Below the pieces are notes generated by a model, which saw nothing but the letters and a program-made list of their open reading frames with translations, made no database searches and was not told the origin of the DNA. Positions 25,414-39,222 of a stretch of 64,000 bases of DNA are shown here, piece after piece. The DNA is from Chlorokybus atmophyticus (taxonomy: Eukaryota; Plantae; Mesostigma and Chlorokybus algae), in contig RHPI01000797.1 of NCBI GenBank assembly GCA_009103225.1, positions 371,064 through 435,063 on the forward strand. Reading direction: 5' to 3'. The translations under genes and the position numbers were made by a program. Position 1 is the first letter of the stretch; each line of letters opens with the position of its first letter.

Positions 25414-27767
25414 GTGCTACAGACAACATACAGTGTATAGTTGGTGGTCGTGTGTGCCTTGTACTAGTAGGAGTTGTATGCATCTGGAATGTTGATAACT
25501 TAGTGAGTGAAAGCAACCGACATACGCTGGGATTGGGAGGCCGAGTTTGTGCGCATCTCATATGTGTCATAGAGGTCCCGTACTTGGACATGTTCTTCCA
25601 ATCTTCCAAACGGCTGATGTGGGCATGTTCACTAAGCTTTACACTTTACAGCAAACTGCGGGAGCCACAGTTCCAAGGCATTTCCGTACTGCGAGCTCCA
25701 CATCCGGACTCCAACATTGCTCGCAGTGTCAGACTGAATGTGGTCCATAGTGCACGCGTTTCATGCGGTTAACCTATCGTGGACATTTCTTGCAGGAGGT
25801 GCAACGGCTGTTGTCGGACATGCAGCGCATAGGCTATAACATGCTAGTGCTCATCTCCAAGTTGCGCATTGTGTTGTGGAACAATTCAGCTCAGTACTAT
25901 GATTGCACGTATAGACAGTTTCAGTTGATAGCATCAGGCAGTGCGCACACCAACAGATAAGTCAGCAATACTTGCCTGGTGGGGAGCATGCAGTGCCGTG
26001 CCCCGCTGTTCGTTCATGTTCATGCTTAAATGCCAGCTGCCATAGTGTCATGCCTGCAGCCGGTTTCAGCGAGTTGTCCGTTTCTGCCCGTTGCACCGCA
26101 GGGAGTAAGATGCGACGCTGGCGAGTGGACTAGCGGGGCTGTAGGCATTAGCACAGTCGTGGTCGGTGTTGTCGTCCCCTCTCTGCACTGTCTCGACCTC
26201 CGTTCTCTCCCTCCGCCCTTCTCCTGCGCTGCCAGGTACCTGCTGGGCGCGACTGTACCTGTCTCTCCAGCCTGCCTTTGCTGTGGGAACGCATTTGCAC
26301 ATAGACACACAGCCCATAGGGTATAGCAATTAAATCCCCATAGCTTTGTCAGTGTTTACTAGAAATGTGTGCTGTGCCTTGAGCTGCTGGTTTGCTGCTG
26401 CTTTAGCTGCTGCTATGTTATGCCTGTGAACTTGTGGTCTTTCATCCATATACCCTATGTGTCGCAAGTTTTATCAAGGTAAATTGCAGGGTAGCGTGTC
26501 TGGTTTGCCAATAGCAGCTGTCTGTTGCGGTAGACATGGGCACGCATACTGGTTGGAACACTTGCATTGTGGGTTTTTGCCCAAGAAACATGCACATTCA
26601 GTCCTTGCTGGTGTGCCTGTTGGTGTGCTGGCTGGTGTGCTTGCTGGTGCCTTACATTGTGTTGCAATTGTTGGAAAGCCTATGCACCTTGGGAGTATAC
26701 AAACACAAAAACGATGTGCATGCTAAGAGGCTCTGCAAGTACAGCTACTGCTACTGCTACTGCGCCTGCTGTCAGCATCGTCTGTGGGGGTAAAACTACT
26801 TTTCATTCAGCACAGACGTACAGTGGGTACCAGTCATGTCCATGGCTGTCTAAAATCGGCTGTGGTTGGTTGCCGTGCACTTAGCCAGCCCCCTTTAGCA
26901 CTTGGGTTTGTACTGAGAATTGTTGGTTGTTGTGATGATATGATGAGTGTGTGCATGTGCTTTTCCTTGTGTGTGCTACTACTGGGGGACCCTCTTTTCA
27001 CCTTATGCTGAGGCAGTGGACAAAAGATGTTATGCCTCATATGTGTGTGTAGTAAATGCGATGCATGACGTGTGACTATATGTCGGGGGCTTAGGCCAGC
27101 CTTTAACATTATGCATTGCTTGCCGTTCTTGCTATACTTGCAGCGTCTGTGATCACTTGGGCTTGTACTACTGCCTTGCTTCTTGTGCGCGTGTATTGTA
27201 TGATGTGATGCTGGCAATTAAAGCTTGATGTGGGGCGGGGTGTTTCGGTATTGTTGCAACCTGCTCTTATTTATTTCTACACCAGGGCCCAGTTGCTGCA
27301 ATCAGCAGCGGAGAAGAAGAGACACAGCTACCCTTGCACCAATATGGCCAGATCATACTGACACGAAATATTGCATATCCCCCCAACCCACCCACCCACC
27401 CCCACATCCCTGCATCCTATATATTGTACACCCCACCAACAACAACATGCCATTACTGACAGCTCATTGCTACAGACCGATGTCAGTGCCAAGACTCTCA
27501 CCCAACCAGCAGAAAGGGCCGAGCCATCTGTTGTGGCGTGTTGCGGGTAGACAACTGCACACAACATTGGATGCACACTCAATAATTAGGATACGACACA
27601 GTGTCCCCAACTCAGAGACACAACAACAAAGCACCTGGCAGCGTTGGATTGCACTTGCAGTGCATATGTGCATCCTCACACCTCATACGCAGCAATGCAG
27701 CAATGCACGCAAGCGTTGGGAGAGGCGCATATGCAACAGTGATTAAATACCTACAATTCATTTGACA

Positions 27768-30700
27768 TTACACATCACCCTTCTCTATGCGCGCCAAGTC
27801 GTAGACTTGCCGCAGATTTCCTGAAGCTGCATATGCACATCAGCACATTGGCAACGTGCAGACGAGACTGGTGCAGTGCTGCAAGAATTAACTTACTTTG
27901 TAGCCAGTCCTTAAAATGTAGTTGAATGACATTCTGCAAGTCTCTCCTGCGCCCCTCTTCCAAATTGGCATCTCGGACCGCTTGTCGCAGGTCGGCAACG
28001 GCTTTAATCTACAAGCACTAGATGTTAACTTCGTTCCCAACACTGTCAACGAGCACCACCACTTGATGCATACTTTGGATTCCAAGGCAGCGGCATAGGC
28101 CACGGGCAGCGTGTAGGGGTTTGCAAGCGTGGGGTTCTCAAATGGCTCTTTGGGGCGGAAAGGCACCTGCAGGCGCATATGACATCAGCGATGCCAGTCC
28201 GCAGAAAACCATCAGCTATACTTGCAACTGTTGCTTACCACAAAGGGCAGAAACTTTTCGGGTGAAAGCAAAGACAATTCACGTTTGCTAACACCATCAA
28301 CCGTCTCCCCCTCATCCATGTCATTTTCCTGTGGGGCCCGCACCAACCCTACCGGGCGATCCCAGTTGTTCACTGAAGGATCCAGCCCTACATCAACCAA
28401 ATGCTGGCCGAGTTGTGGGTAGAATGTGTTGTACGGAGCGACCTGCCAAGAACGAGACAACTTGTGTGAGCAACTTAGCTTGATAACTGAACACACGCAT
28501 AATTGCACAACACTTAACCTCCAAGTGTCGGTTGTCACCAAGCAACAATGGCCGGAGTTTCACTCCGAGAAAAAAGCTGCTCTCACGACAGTTACTGATC
28601 CGTATCCTTCTGCATGCAACAATCAGCTGTACACGTTCGCAATGCTCCACTTTGAGCGCCTGCAACAGAGGCCACACTATTACGTTATGATTACCAAGTA
28701 TGTTACAGTATGAGAGTGAGGTACCTGCAGATTAGCAAACTGCAACAGACAGCATAATGCATCCAAGGGCTGCAACGTCCACACATACCTTGCCAACAGC
28801 ACCAATAAGAATGGTGCAATCAGTGCAACCTGACACAGATGCGTAACGCAGTGGTGCCAGTACGTAGATGACAGAGTCATGGCAGTCCGCAACCTGCCAA
28901 GGCCACCCGAGTTGGTACTGGTATTGGTAAGCAGGCATGCCCACTCTTTGGGACTTACCCTCAACGAGTCTCCTTCCACATCCTTGTCATCTTTCACTGC
29001 TGAAGTGCGCATAACACCTTCAACATAGCAGCAACCCTCTCGCCGCTGTGGTCGTTGCACACTGGTAGATGCTGAATCTACCGAAACAATGTTCTCAACA
29101 ACTGTTTCGGCTGTGGCTGAAGTAGACTGCAACCCCTGCCTTGCACAAATGTGACTCACTAGCCACTCTTTCAACACCGCCACTGACACTGCTGAGTTGA
29201 AGAGCGGAACAAAGTCGCTCAATCTGCAACGCTTTCGTGGACTTTCAGAGAACAACAAGAAGCCCAAACGATCAAAATCAGCTGCGGACACCTGAAGAGA
29301 AGAAAGCAAATGCCAGATTAACCTTGAGACCCATGAAGTTAGAACCAAATCAAAGGGCGCCTGCAAACCATCAAGAGTAACCTACCTCTGAGTCGCTTTG
29401 CTGAGCTGATTGCACGAGTGGCAACAGCAAACCGACATGCTGCTTTACAAATGACGCCTCATGTGCATCCTGCTCCATGGATGTGACACGACTTCGCACA
29501 ACGGGCCACTATACGCAACAGTTAGTAGAGTGCTGGTCGATACTAGTGCGGGTACCGGTTGTAGGTCACTACTTGTAGAGTGCAAGCAGCAAGCTGGTCC
29601 CTTACCTGCAGGCCATTCGCTGGAGAACTGCTATTGGGTGATGCGGGTGAAAGAAGGCTGCTAGCGCTGCTGAAACTGCTATTGGAGAACATAGATGCCG
29701 CACTTGAGAAAGAGTTCGTCCCTGGTGACTCTGCAGTGGCGCTGTATCCATGGCCTTGGCCATGAGGAGACACTGGTGTTGTCGGCCAGATGTCTGCAAT
29801 AGCTGATGCATCCACATGGCGCCGATGTGCCAGCTTGTTACAAAACTGTACGAACAGTAACAACAGTAGGGGGTACACGCTGACGGTCTCTGCAGCTGGC
29901 TGCTCTTCAACAAGTCCAGCGAGTGTCTCAAGGAGGATTTGCGTGTGCAAAGGAGACAATGACAGTGTTGATGCAACTTTTGCAATGCTGACTTGGGCGT
30001 CATCTGCGAGACAACACACAGATGACCTAGGGCACTGTGAGGACAAGGGCATTACACCAGCTGCTTGTGTAATTCAGCATCACTCATCAAACTGGGCCCA
30101 TCAACGACACAACACAGTTGCCACTCCATGCAATGACCGCGAGACAATGACATACTTGAACACCTCAGTACAGAACAAACCTGATAATGCCATGTGGCAC
30201 AGCAACTACTACTGCAGAACTCAATGCATTACACGAAAAAGTTCCTGCATACTGATGCCCTGCCACGGGACAGACGCCAAGAATGCTCATGAACCCATGC
30301 CACGATCCTTGACAACAACATTACAATACGTTCTTGTGGTATGTGAAACAACACAACACAACACATTGCCATTCAATGCATAACGTTCAAACATTGACAT
30401 ATTCTGAACACCCCAATGGATGCATGTACGACTTGATGATGTCGATGTAGTACCCAAAGTTCATGCATGAATATTGATGTTCCTGTTTAGCAATGCCCGG
30501 CCACGGGGACAAACGCCAGGAACGCTCATGAACCCATGCCACGATCCTGATGACAACAACGTTGCAATGCGCGCAGTCCTGTGGCATGTTAACAGGCCAA
30601 TTGCGGTACAAGTATTGGGTTGTCAACACGCGTGGTGATGTCCATCTCGTAGGGTATACTGTCGCAATGCGTCACGTGCATGTAATTATGGTATAGAAAT

Positions 30701-31004
30701 GACACCTTGTTCTGTGTATGATTATCGATAGTCAGGTGGCAATGTACGTGATCGAAGGCAACGTGGCCTGCATTGCCTAGGTGCAAGATGGGCAATGTGA
30801 TAATGCGACGTGAAATGCATAGCGCACACCTGAGCTTTCGGCCAACAGCTCAGCTTTTAAGGCGAGCAGTGACGAGGGCCCTTCAGCTAAGCGCGGGCAC
30901 AGCTGCGGGAGCTGCAGCTGGCCATACTCAAAAGGCTCGTGCCTAACGTGCAGCAGCACAGAGCCACCACCAGCTGCAGCAGCTCCCTCCGTCACGCCCT
31001 CCAT
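27768..31004 (-). CDS. TBCCD1: TBCC domain-containing protein 1 (C-CAP/cofactor C-like)
   Basis: N-terminal VRHEPFEYGQLQLP, YPLLLLLFVQ, DCHDSVIYVLAPLRYASVSGCTDCTILIGAVGK, LKVEHCERVQLIVACRRIRISNCRE, RPLLLGDNR..QVAPYNTFYPQL and C-terminal LHFKDWLQS|GNLRQVYDL. Matches the plant TBCCD1 layout. Confidence 0.88.
30241..30596. repeat. Degenerate ~110-bp direct repeat in TBCCD1 intron 1
   Basis: The core gctcatgaacccatgccacgatcct...gacaacaac occurs at about 30285 and 30524 with similar flanks. Confidence 0.75.
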
Positions 31005-31182
31005 GTCCTAAACTCCTACAGAACCCGTGCCCATCGTCCCCAATTAACCATATCACAAATACACCCACGACCTCTCAAACCTTGTAGCACTACAGGATCA
31101 CCCCTGTCTCGCTCGCCGCCTCTGTTGCCGCCACCGCCGCCGCTGCCGTCGCCGCCGCCAACCTCCCGCCACACTCTCTGCC

Positions 31183-31191
31183 AAACCCTAA
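31183..31191 (-). promoter_or_regulatory. Telo-box (AAACCCTAA) in the TBCCD1/TOP6B divergent spacer
   Basis: Exact AAACCCTAA about 180 bp upstream of the TBCCD1 ATG, with a (GCC)n tract between them. Confidence 0.55.
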
Positions 31192-31927
31192 TTCGTCAAA
31201 CCGAGACTGCCATGCAATCTAACCGACATGACAGTAACCGTTGTTTTATGAACGACGTTTTCACGCATGCTTGCAGACAATGGGTCCGTTCTCAGGAGGT
31301 GGAACTGGTGGTTTACGGTACATCCTATTATGAAAGTTGATGTGCGACAGGCCGCAGTTAGCGTCACGGCTAAGTGACCGGGGTGGTGCGTCTTCCCGCC
31401 TCTGAACGGCAACACTGCGTTGCCAGCTGGCAGCTCACTGCAGCTTGCCGGAGGCTGGAGAGGAGAGGAGAGGGGTGTTTAGCGCACGCTGCGCTGATGT
31501 GACGCTTGCGTGCGAAGGCTTTGCTGCACAGTGATGAAGCCTTCAGCGTCATAAAGGCACCGCAGGCAGCGTTGAGGCGCTACCTGTGTGCAGAAGAGCA
31601 TGCACTGAGGTAAGCTTAAGCGTTGCGTTTGAACAGTATGTGACAGGTGCTTGGAATCATGCATGTTGAATATACGTCTGCTTGCGACAATTGCCCACTT
31701 CCTTAGTAGCTGTCACCTACATTCACCTACGTTTGATTGGCGTGCATGGGTGTGGGGTACATGTCGCCCGGATTACCTTGCAATTGCATGTCACCTCAGT
31801 CTATTACTTGCGGTTGCCACAACAAGGTCAATACTTGTACACTGCTGTAGCTCGTACAATAGCAACTTGACCGCCGGTGAACATAAGTTGATGCCCAGCA
31901 CAGCGTTGACCATGCCACAAGTCAGCC

Positions 31928-34900
31928 ATGGACAGTCCTGATAGCCCTGTCAAGCGGAAAAGCAGCAAAGCCGGCGATAAGCTCAAGCAAAGTAAGTTTG
32001 TCATGGCTGTGTTTGCCTGTCTATCTGTCTCACATGCCCAAGGCGTACACGAAGTCCGTTGTACCATGTGTTGTCGTGCCATGCAGAGTCTCCCGCGGAG
32101 TTCTTTGCCGAGAACAAGAACATTGCTGGCTTTGACAATGTGAGCGATGCTTTCGAAACAACCTCTGATGCCATGGCACACCATAGCTCCAAGTGCCTGA
32201 ATGAGCTCGTTTTTATGTCGCTATGCTAGCACAGCCTGGAAAAAGCTTGTACACGACCATTCGTGAACTGGTTGAAAACTCGTTGGATGCTGCGGAGGCA
32301 GCTGGAGAGCTTCCGGAGATAGAGCTTACCATGTGAGGGTGTTGTGCTTGCGGACAGCGCCATGCATATGTGTGTCTGACTGCTTGATTGTTCGCTCGGG
32401 AGCTATTGAACATGATGGCTATTTTGCCAGAGAGGAGATTACGAAACAGAATTTCAACAAGCTGATTGGCCTCGTGCACCGCGAGCGTGTTGATGCAAAG
32501 CTATACCATGACTACGAGACGGAGAAAGAGCGTGAGGTGTGATTGATGGTGTGCTCCCATGATGGAAGCTGTCTGAACGCGCTGTGTGGGTCGTGTTAGA
32601 AACGTGTTGCTAAGGAAACAAAGGAGCGGGAAAAGCTTGCAAAAGCTGCCAATGGCATAAGCAGCATTCCCACCGCGGAAACAAGTGGAGCGGACATTAC
32701 CACCAAGGCAGAGCAGCAGTCAACCAAACCAGCTCCTGGGAGACCGCGGCTGACGGAAGGCGTGTACTATAGAGTCACTTGCAAGGTGCGGAAGGTTGCA
32801 GCAGCTTTGCTTCCTGCCTTGGATTCATAAGCAACCTCTTTCTCTTTCCGCCCAGGACAATGGCATGGGAATGGCTCATGGCGACATACCAAACATGCTC
32901 GGCCGAGGTGTGTCCTGCTCACATATACAGAAATAAGGCAATGGCGGACAATGTGCCTGACTATGACACTATGTACAATTGTTGCGTGGGCAGTCCTCTC
33001 CGGCACAAAGTATGGAATCAAGCAAACGCGCGGGAAGTTTGGGCTTGGTGCCAAAATGGTATTGCCTCTCTCATTAGTGATGTTGCGCATGCTACACATT
33101 GTGGGGATAGTTTGTTGCCGGTTCGTATTTGCATCAACTGCGTGCCACTCTGTAAGGAGAACGGGATGGTTGCTGGCTAATAATGCACTTGGTATGTGAT
33201 GCGCAGGCGCTGATATGGTCCAAGATGAGCACAGGGCTCCCAATTGAGATATGGAGTGCCAAAAAGAACCAGGACTACATCTCGTACTTCAAGCTGGATA
33301 TTGACATTCACAAGTAAGCCAGCCTGGATATGACATGAGGCTGCCGTTGATGATGACTTGGCACAATGCACCGTCAGGCAAGTGCGATTTCAATTTGCAT
33401 GCGCATTGACGCCAGAAACACACCAAACATCCATGCACAAGAGAAGGCGCCCAATGCTGTTAAATGGAGGGGATCAGAGTTGAGGGTCATCATTGAAGGC
33501 AACTGGAGCAGTTATCGGGTGCGTTTTGCAGGTGCTGTTTCTGACCAGCGAGCAGCACATCCAAACACAGCGCCATGTCACGCATATGCACTGAACGCTG
33601 CTTGGGTTGCAGGCAAAGATTGTCCAGTACATGAGGCAACTTGCCATCATTACACCCTATGCACACTTTACCTTCCAATTTGTGACTGATGCAGACGAGT
33701 ACGTGTGGTAATGTTGCCGGCTTGCAAGGCTGGTCGTAAAATTGTTGCGTGTATGCTCCAGCTGTGACTCAATGTGAAAAACGCGCAGTAAGAACATATC
33801 CGTCCACTTCAATCGACGTACTGATGTCATGCCGAGACCCCCAATGCAGACAAAGTATCATCCTTCAGCCATCGATCTGTTGCTGCTGAAGCACCTGATC
33901 TCAGAGACCAACAAGTCCACTCTTGTTCAGTTCTTCTCGCATGAGTTTTCCAACATTAGCAAAGGCCTCGCAACACGACTTGTTGGTGAGCTCTTGAAGC
34001 GTGCACTATGTTGCAACATAGTCATCTAATATGTTGGCTGAATAACACACCCTACTTGCTAGGTGAGTTGGGTGCTGATTTCAAAGAGAAGATGTCACCG
34101 AAGTCGCTAACTGACAAGCAGCTTGTGCGCATACATCAGCTGTTTCGACAGGCAAAGTTTCCAGCACCTGATGGAGACGTAAGCACTTGAGCCCATTGCT
34201 TTATTGCAACATGAGCTAGGTCCACCTGACGATTGTATTTGCAGGTGCTGAGCCCAGCTGGTGAGTACAACCTGAGACTTGGAATCATGAAGGAGTTGTG
34301 CCCTGACATGGTGGCTACGTATGAGGGCAGGTGCGTTAGCTGCAATGAGTCGACTGCTGTGTGACATATGCGCTGTCATGTTGTTGCAGGGGAAGCATGC
34401 TGATGGCTGTTTGCAAGCTTTGTGAGTGATGAGTGCGATCGTCCATGCCATCTTACAGAGGTTGTTGTTACGCATGCAGCACACAAGTTTTTGAGGGTCA
34501 TCCTTTCATTGTGGAGGCTGGTGTAAGTCTTGGGGGCAAAGATGTCAAACAGGTATCAGATTGTTAAGCCTAAGCATACTGGCACTTGTCCAGTTGGCTC
34601 AGTTACTCTTCTGCAGGGTATCAATGTGTTCAGGTTTGCAAATCGCATACCGCTGCTTTTCGAGCCCGGGGGTGATGTTGTGACGCGTACAGCCACAAAG
34701 CGAATATTGTAAGGCTGTTGGCAAAGCTTGCATGCCATAAAACCAACGACACCCATATCGCATGTTGTCATTTGCAGGTGGGCCAGCTACAAGATCAACC
34801 AGGCCACAGACAGGATAGGGGTGTTTGTCAGTATAGTTAGCACGAAGATTCCTTTCAAGGGCACTGGCAAAGAGTACATTGGTGATGACATCAGCGAAAT

Positions 34901-35598
34901 AGCATCAGCCGTGAAGGTGGGCATTGCCCTGCAATGATGTGTTGGTTGTGCTTGGGAGATGGTGACGCCTGGCTATGAGCTGTTGGGAAAAGCATCAACA
35001 ATGCCTTCTTGTGTACTCTACAGTTTGCAATACAGCAATGCTGCGTCCAGCTCAAGTCTAAGCTTGTCAAGCAGCAGCAAGCTCGGGAGCGACAACAACG
35101 CAAGAGGAACCTTACCAAGTACGTTCCCAAGCCTGCATTCTGTGCTGCGCAATGGCTTTTCACATGACAGTGCATGGTTGGCAGGTACATACCTGACGTG
35201 GCACGCGCCATATTCACCATCCTCGAAGACATGGCTCAAGATAATGCCGCGGAAGCAAAGAGGAGGAGACTGGAGCTGCCAGAAAAGTCCAGGGAGATCA
35301 TGACACAAGTACACAGTAATGAACTGACGGAGACGTTACTTGTGCAGAAGCTAGAACAGCATGTGGATCAGGTACAAGGGAACTTGCGTGAGCACTGACG
35401 CTGTGACTATTCTTTGCAATGGAGCTGATGCTGATTGTGCAGGTAGATGCTGAGATGGCGTTTGAGTACGCTATGCAGACCGGAAACGTGGATGCAGCTC
35501 GGCAAGCATTGTACTTGTCAGCCATGCAGACCAACGATGTTTTTAGGACAGAGCTTCATCATCCCTTGTGTGTCTTTAAGATTCTGCATGAAGCATAA
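31928..35598 (+). CDS. TOP6B: DNA topoisomerase VI subunit B (19 exons)
   Basis: LKQKSPAEFFAENKNIAGFDN|PGKSLYTTIRELVENSLDA, intact GHKL boxes DNGMG and QTRGKFGLGAKM, RQLAIITPYA, LSPAGEYNLRLG, FEGHPFIVEAGVSLGG, RFANRIPLLFE, KIPFKGTGKEYI. All introns are GT-AG. Ends TAA at 35598. Confidence 0.97.
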
Positions 35599-35914
35599 GC
35601 AGCATTGTCCTGTCCAGCTCAGTCCAATTGATGCCAGCATGCAATAATTGTAACCTTGTGTCTAAATAGTTCATCACGTTGTATATGTTGCATGCTATAT
35701 ATGAGCTCTCCAAATATGACAGATGCAAAGCGCACTCAAACACTTAAAGCACTCTGGTTGCACACACAACAGCAAGCCAGCAACTAGGCAATCAAATCAA
35801 AGCAGGTGCAGCACTAACTACATGTCGTAGCTAAGTGCGTGCAAAGGGCGAGGGTGAGGGCGGGTGATCAGGCAGGGCAGGGCAGGGCAGGCAAACCAGA
35901 AGCGCAATGAACCA

Positions 35915-35916
<2 letters not shown>

Positions 35917-35993
<77 letters not shown>

Positions 35994-36113
35994 CTCGCTC
36001 TCTCGCTCTCGCTCTCGCTCTCGCTCTCGCTCGCTCGCTCGCTCTCGCGCTCTCTCGCTCTCCCACGCGCTCTCTCGCTCTCGCGCGCTCTCTCTCGCTC
36101 TCTCTCTCTCCTC
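35917..36113. repeat. (CT)n / (CTCG)n microsatellite
   Basis: About 75 bp of pure CT repeat followed by ctcg/ctcgct variants. It generates the spurious ERERER/SLSLSL ORFs. Confidence 0.98.
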
Positions 36114-37110
36114 GGCTGTGCATCACAACAATGACCAAAAACACCAACTGAAACTTCATACACATTCTATCACGTAAAAACGCACAAACCCCGTCAGCAC
36201 TACTGCAATGCTGCATGAGTTGCATCATTTACATGCTGAGAGTATGTACAGAAAATGCGAGAGGGATATGCCCATTCCGACCACATCATGCATGCAACAC
36301 TCTGCAGCAAACATTCACCTCGTTGCTACATACACGACCACCGGGCTACCTACACTCTACTCCTACACCTACATCTACCCCCCCCTGTTAGTCATGCATG
36401 CACACGTTGCAGTTGTGGTTACCTGCAGCAGCGCCACCTGTCGCAAACCAATTTACATCATATGAAAACTCCGCAAGCATCACTTGTTTGCAAGTGCTGG
36501 ATATCTCGGTTGTGGTCAGCAATGCTATCATCATCTAACACAAAATCCTAACTTTCAGCATGTAACCTGGCATACTGGCACGCATTTGCGCAATTACTGG
36601 TGGCCTATGATTCTGCTGATACAAAGTGCGCGCACCAACATGCGTGTCTCCTGGCATGCGATTAGCGTGATCTCATGCACAGATGTCTATCATGTACCCC
36701 ACTGCTGTGCGCTGGCCAATTGGCCAATGCCCCAAAACCAATTGTGGCTTGCACATTGCTTCAGCAAGGCATGTTTCGCCATAGAGTGTAACCCTCCGCT
36801 TATCTAGCCTGTGTCCAACAACATCACACCATGAAAATGGCCATGTAGTTCCCTGTCGGTTCAGAAAATTGTCCGTTGCAGATGCTGTCCGGTTGTACTG
36901 CTCTAGCAACACAATACATCAACATGCATTAACCGTCACACTGTCAAATGGAGGTTAGCACCCTCGCGCTTCATTGATGAACGCTTGCAAAGCATTCCTG
37001 TACTTACAAAGCCTTGATGATGTCCGCAACCACTGTGCGCGAATTGTTGCTGCTGAACTGCCCGTTGCATGAGTTGCCCACAAAAACTGTACAATGGAAC
37101 TCTTTCTAGC

Positions 37111-39222
37111 TCACATCTTTGACTGCGACTGCAGTCTCTGCAACCAGTCTATGAGAATACGGTTGACTTCTTCAGGGTAGTCGTTCTGCGTCCAGTGGCT
37201 GGACTCCTCGATATGAGCGCGCTCGAGCTTCGGGATCCACTGCTCCATACCCTATCACGTACACAACAAGATCTCATTGTCTTCATGCGCACCACTTAAC
37301 GTACGTCACGTTGGCAGGCCCTTACACCGCTCACTTGACACATATTGAAGTCTGGTGAACTCTGATATAAGGTACGCAGGTAACATGTGCAGACAACTAC
37401 CTCCGTCATTGCGGGTGTCAGAATGGTATCTTTCCCGGCAGTGACCATAAGAGCGGGCACGTTGATGGTCGGCGAGAAGGTTTTGATCCACTCCCAGCTC
37501 GGCGTGAACGTGCGGTACCAATTCAGGCCGCCTCTGAACCCTGTGCGCGCGTATGTGGACACGAAGTAGTCCAGCTCTTCTTTCGTCATCATTGATGTTG
37601 GAGCAATCTGATCCTTTGCGGGAAGGCCCACCAGCAACCCTCCCCGAGCACGCGCCTGAGACACCACACACAATATGCACATGTAGAGTTGCAGTTCCAA
37701 GTATGTGGCCTTGTGTGTTTGTTGCCGGGAAACACGTGTCAGCTTGATGCAATGCATCCAGCAACATGACCGGGTGGAGGCGAGGACACATAGCATGCTT
37801 GTTGACCCTGAGCATGCAACACCATAATGCCAACCATACCCACCTTGCTGCCGTCGAGGTGGCTCTCTTCAATGAGATCATCGTCTTTGTGGGCTGGTTC
37901 TCGCTTAAGCGCTTCCTTCGCGCTACATGCGCATATGCACAAGTTGTTGTCAACAATTCTGATGGTAATCGTCATGATCCCTTGTGACCTGATTGTCTAA
38001 AGCAGTATGCTACCCCTTATTTGGCACTGCGCGCACACGCCAACACACTAAACATGCACACAATGTGCACATGTGGGTTAACTGCATAGCCGCCGGCCAA
38101 TGCTGCAAACAACAAGCAGACAGACTTGGACTTCAACCATACCTGCGGATAACAGCCATGAAGGTGCGCTCAACATCAGCTTCAAACTCCTTCTCGGCAA
38201 CGCCCTCCTCCTGGAAGTAAAGCATGTAGTCGAAGTTGCCCGGCTGCATCTTCAGCGCTTCAATTGGGTCAATCGGGGGAGGCGGCGAGTACGGCGTGTT
38301 GAGCCCGCCCACTGCCAGCACTCTGTCTGGATGAGTCACTGCCATGTTCCATACGACCTGCGGGCACTTGATGTTGGGTTGCTGTTGCATGTGTACACGT
38401 GGGCATGAGACATGCAACTCAATATTTAATCGGTCAACCACCTTGCCGCCCCAGTCGTGGCCGATAAGGACTGCCTTGTCTATCTTCAGAGCATTCAGCA
38501 GGGCCACAATGTCGTCTGCTATCTTCTCCTGGTGGACGCAAATGATCAAAACCACCGTCACACACAGCTTGCCACATCATAACAACATGACGAAGTAGAC
38601 ACCTAGCATTACAGGTGCCATGGTAGCGTGCACAAGCATGGACTACTGCGAACTCAAGCATTGACTCACGCATTGAGTGCCTGATTTGCATGCACTCACT
38701 CACTTACTTGTGTGTACTCGGATACAGCGTGTGGGGCACTTGTGCCTCCATATCCCCTCATGTCCGGTGCATAAACTCGGTAGCCTTCCTTTGCCAAAGC
38801 TGGCAACTGATGCCGCCTACCATGCAAACATAGGGGTATGTTGAAGATATTACATGAAATAATGTAGCAGTACTGCAATGTGATAGCGAAACTAACACTC
38901 ACCATGAGAACCACAGCTCCGGGAAGCCATGCACAAGGACGACAGCGACAGGGGCGGTGGGGTCGCCGGCGGCGGCCACGTGCATGGAAATGCCCGTGCT
39001 GAGGTCCAGCTGCTCGTGGGTGACCTGCACGATGTGAACGGCCACAATCAGGACAACCATGAGGAAGATGACAAGGACATAGACAAGGACATTGACAAGG
39101 ACGACAGTGGAATTGTCACAAAGGAAGGAAGGCATGCCAGGCCAATCAAGCAGCAGCCCATAGCATTGCCAAACACATGTGTTACAGGGTCTTACCCCCT
39201 CCACATGCGGATGCTGCGCCAT
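37111..39222 (-). CDS. Soluble epoxide hydrolase (alpha/beta hydrolase) with C-terminal SKM (PTS1-like)
   Basis: HGFPELWFSW oxyanion motif, GHDWGG nucleophile, DYMLYFQ and LNWYR tyrosines, GKDTIL acid, SHWTQ histidine. Ends QSQSKM*. Confidence 0.93.

Noticed and set aside
35818-36228. ERERER / SLSLSL / ARARAR ORFs
   Set aside because: Products of the (CT)n/(CTCG)n microsatellite.
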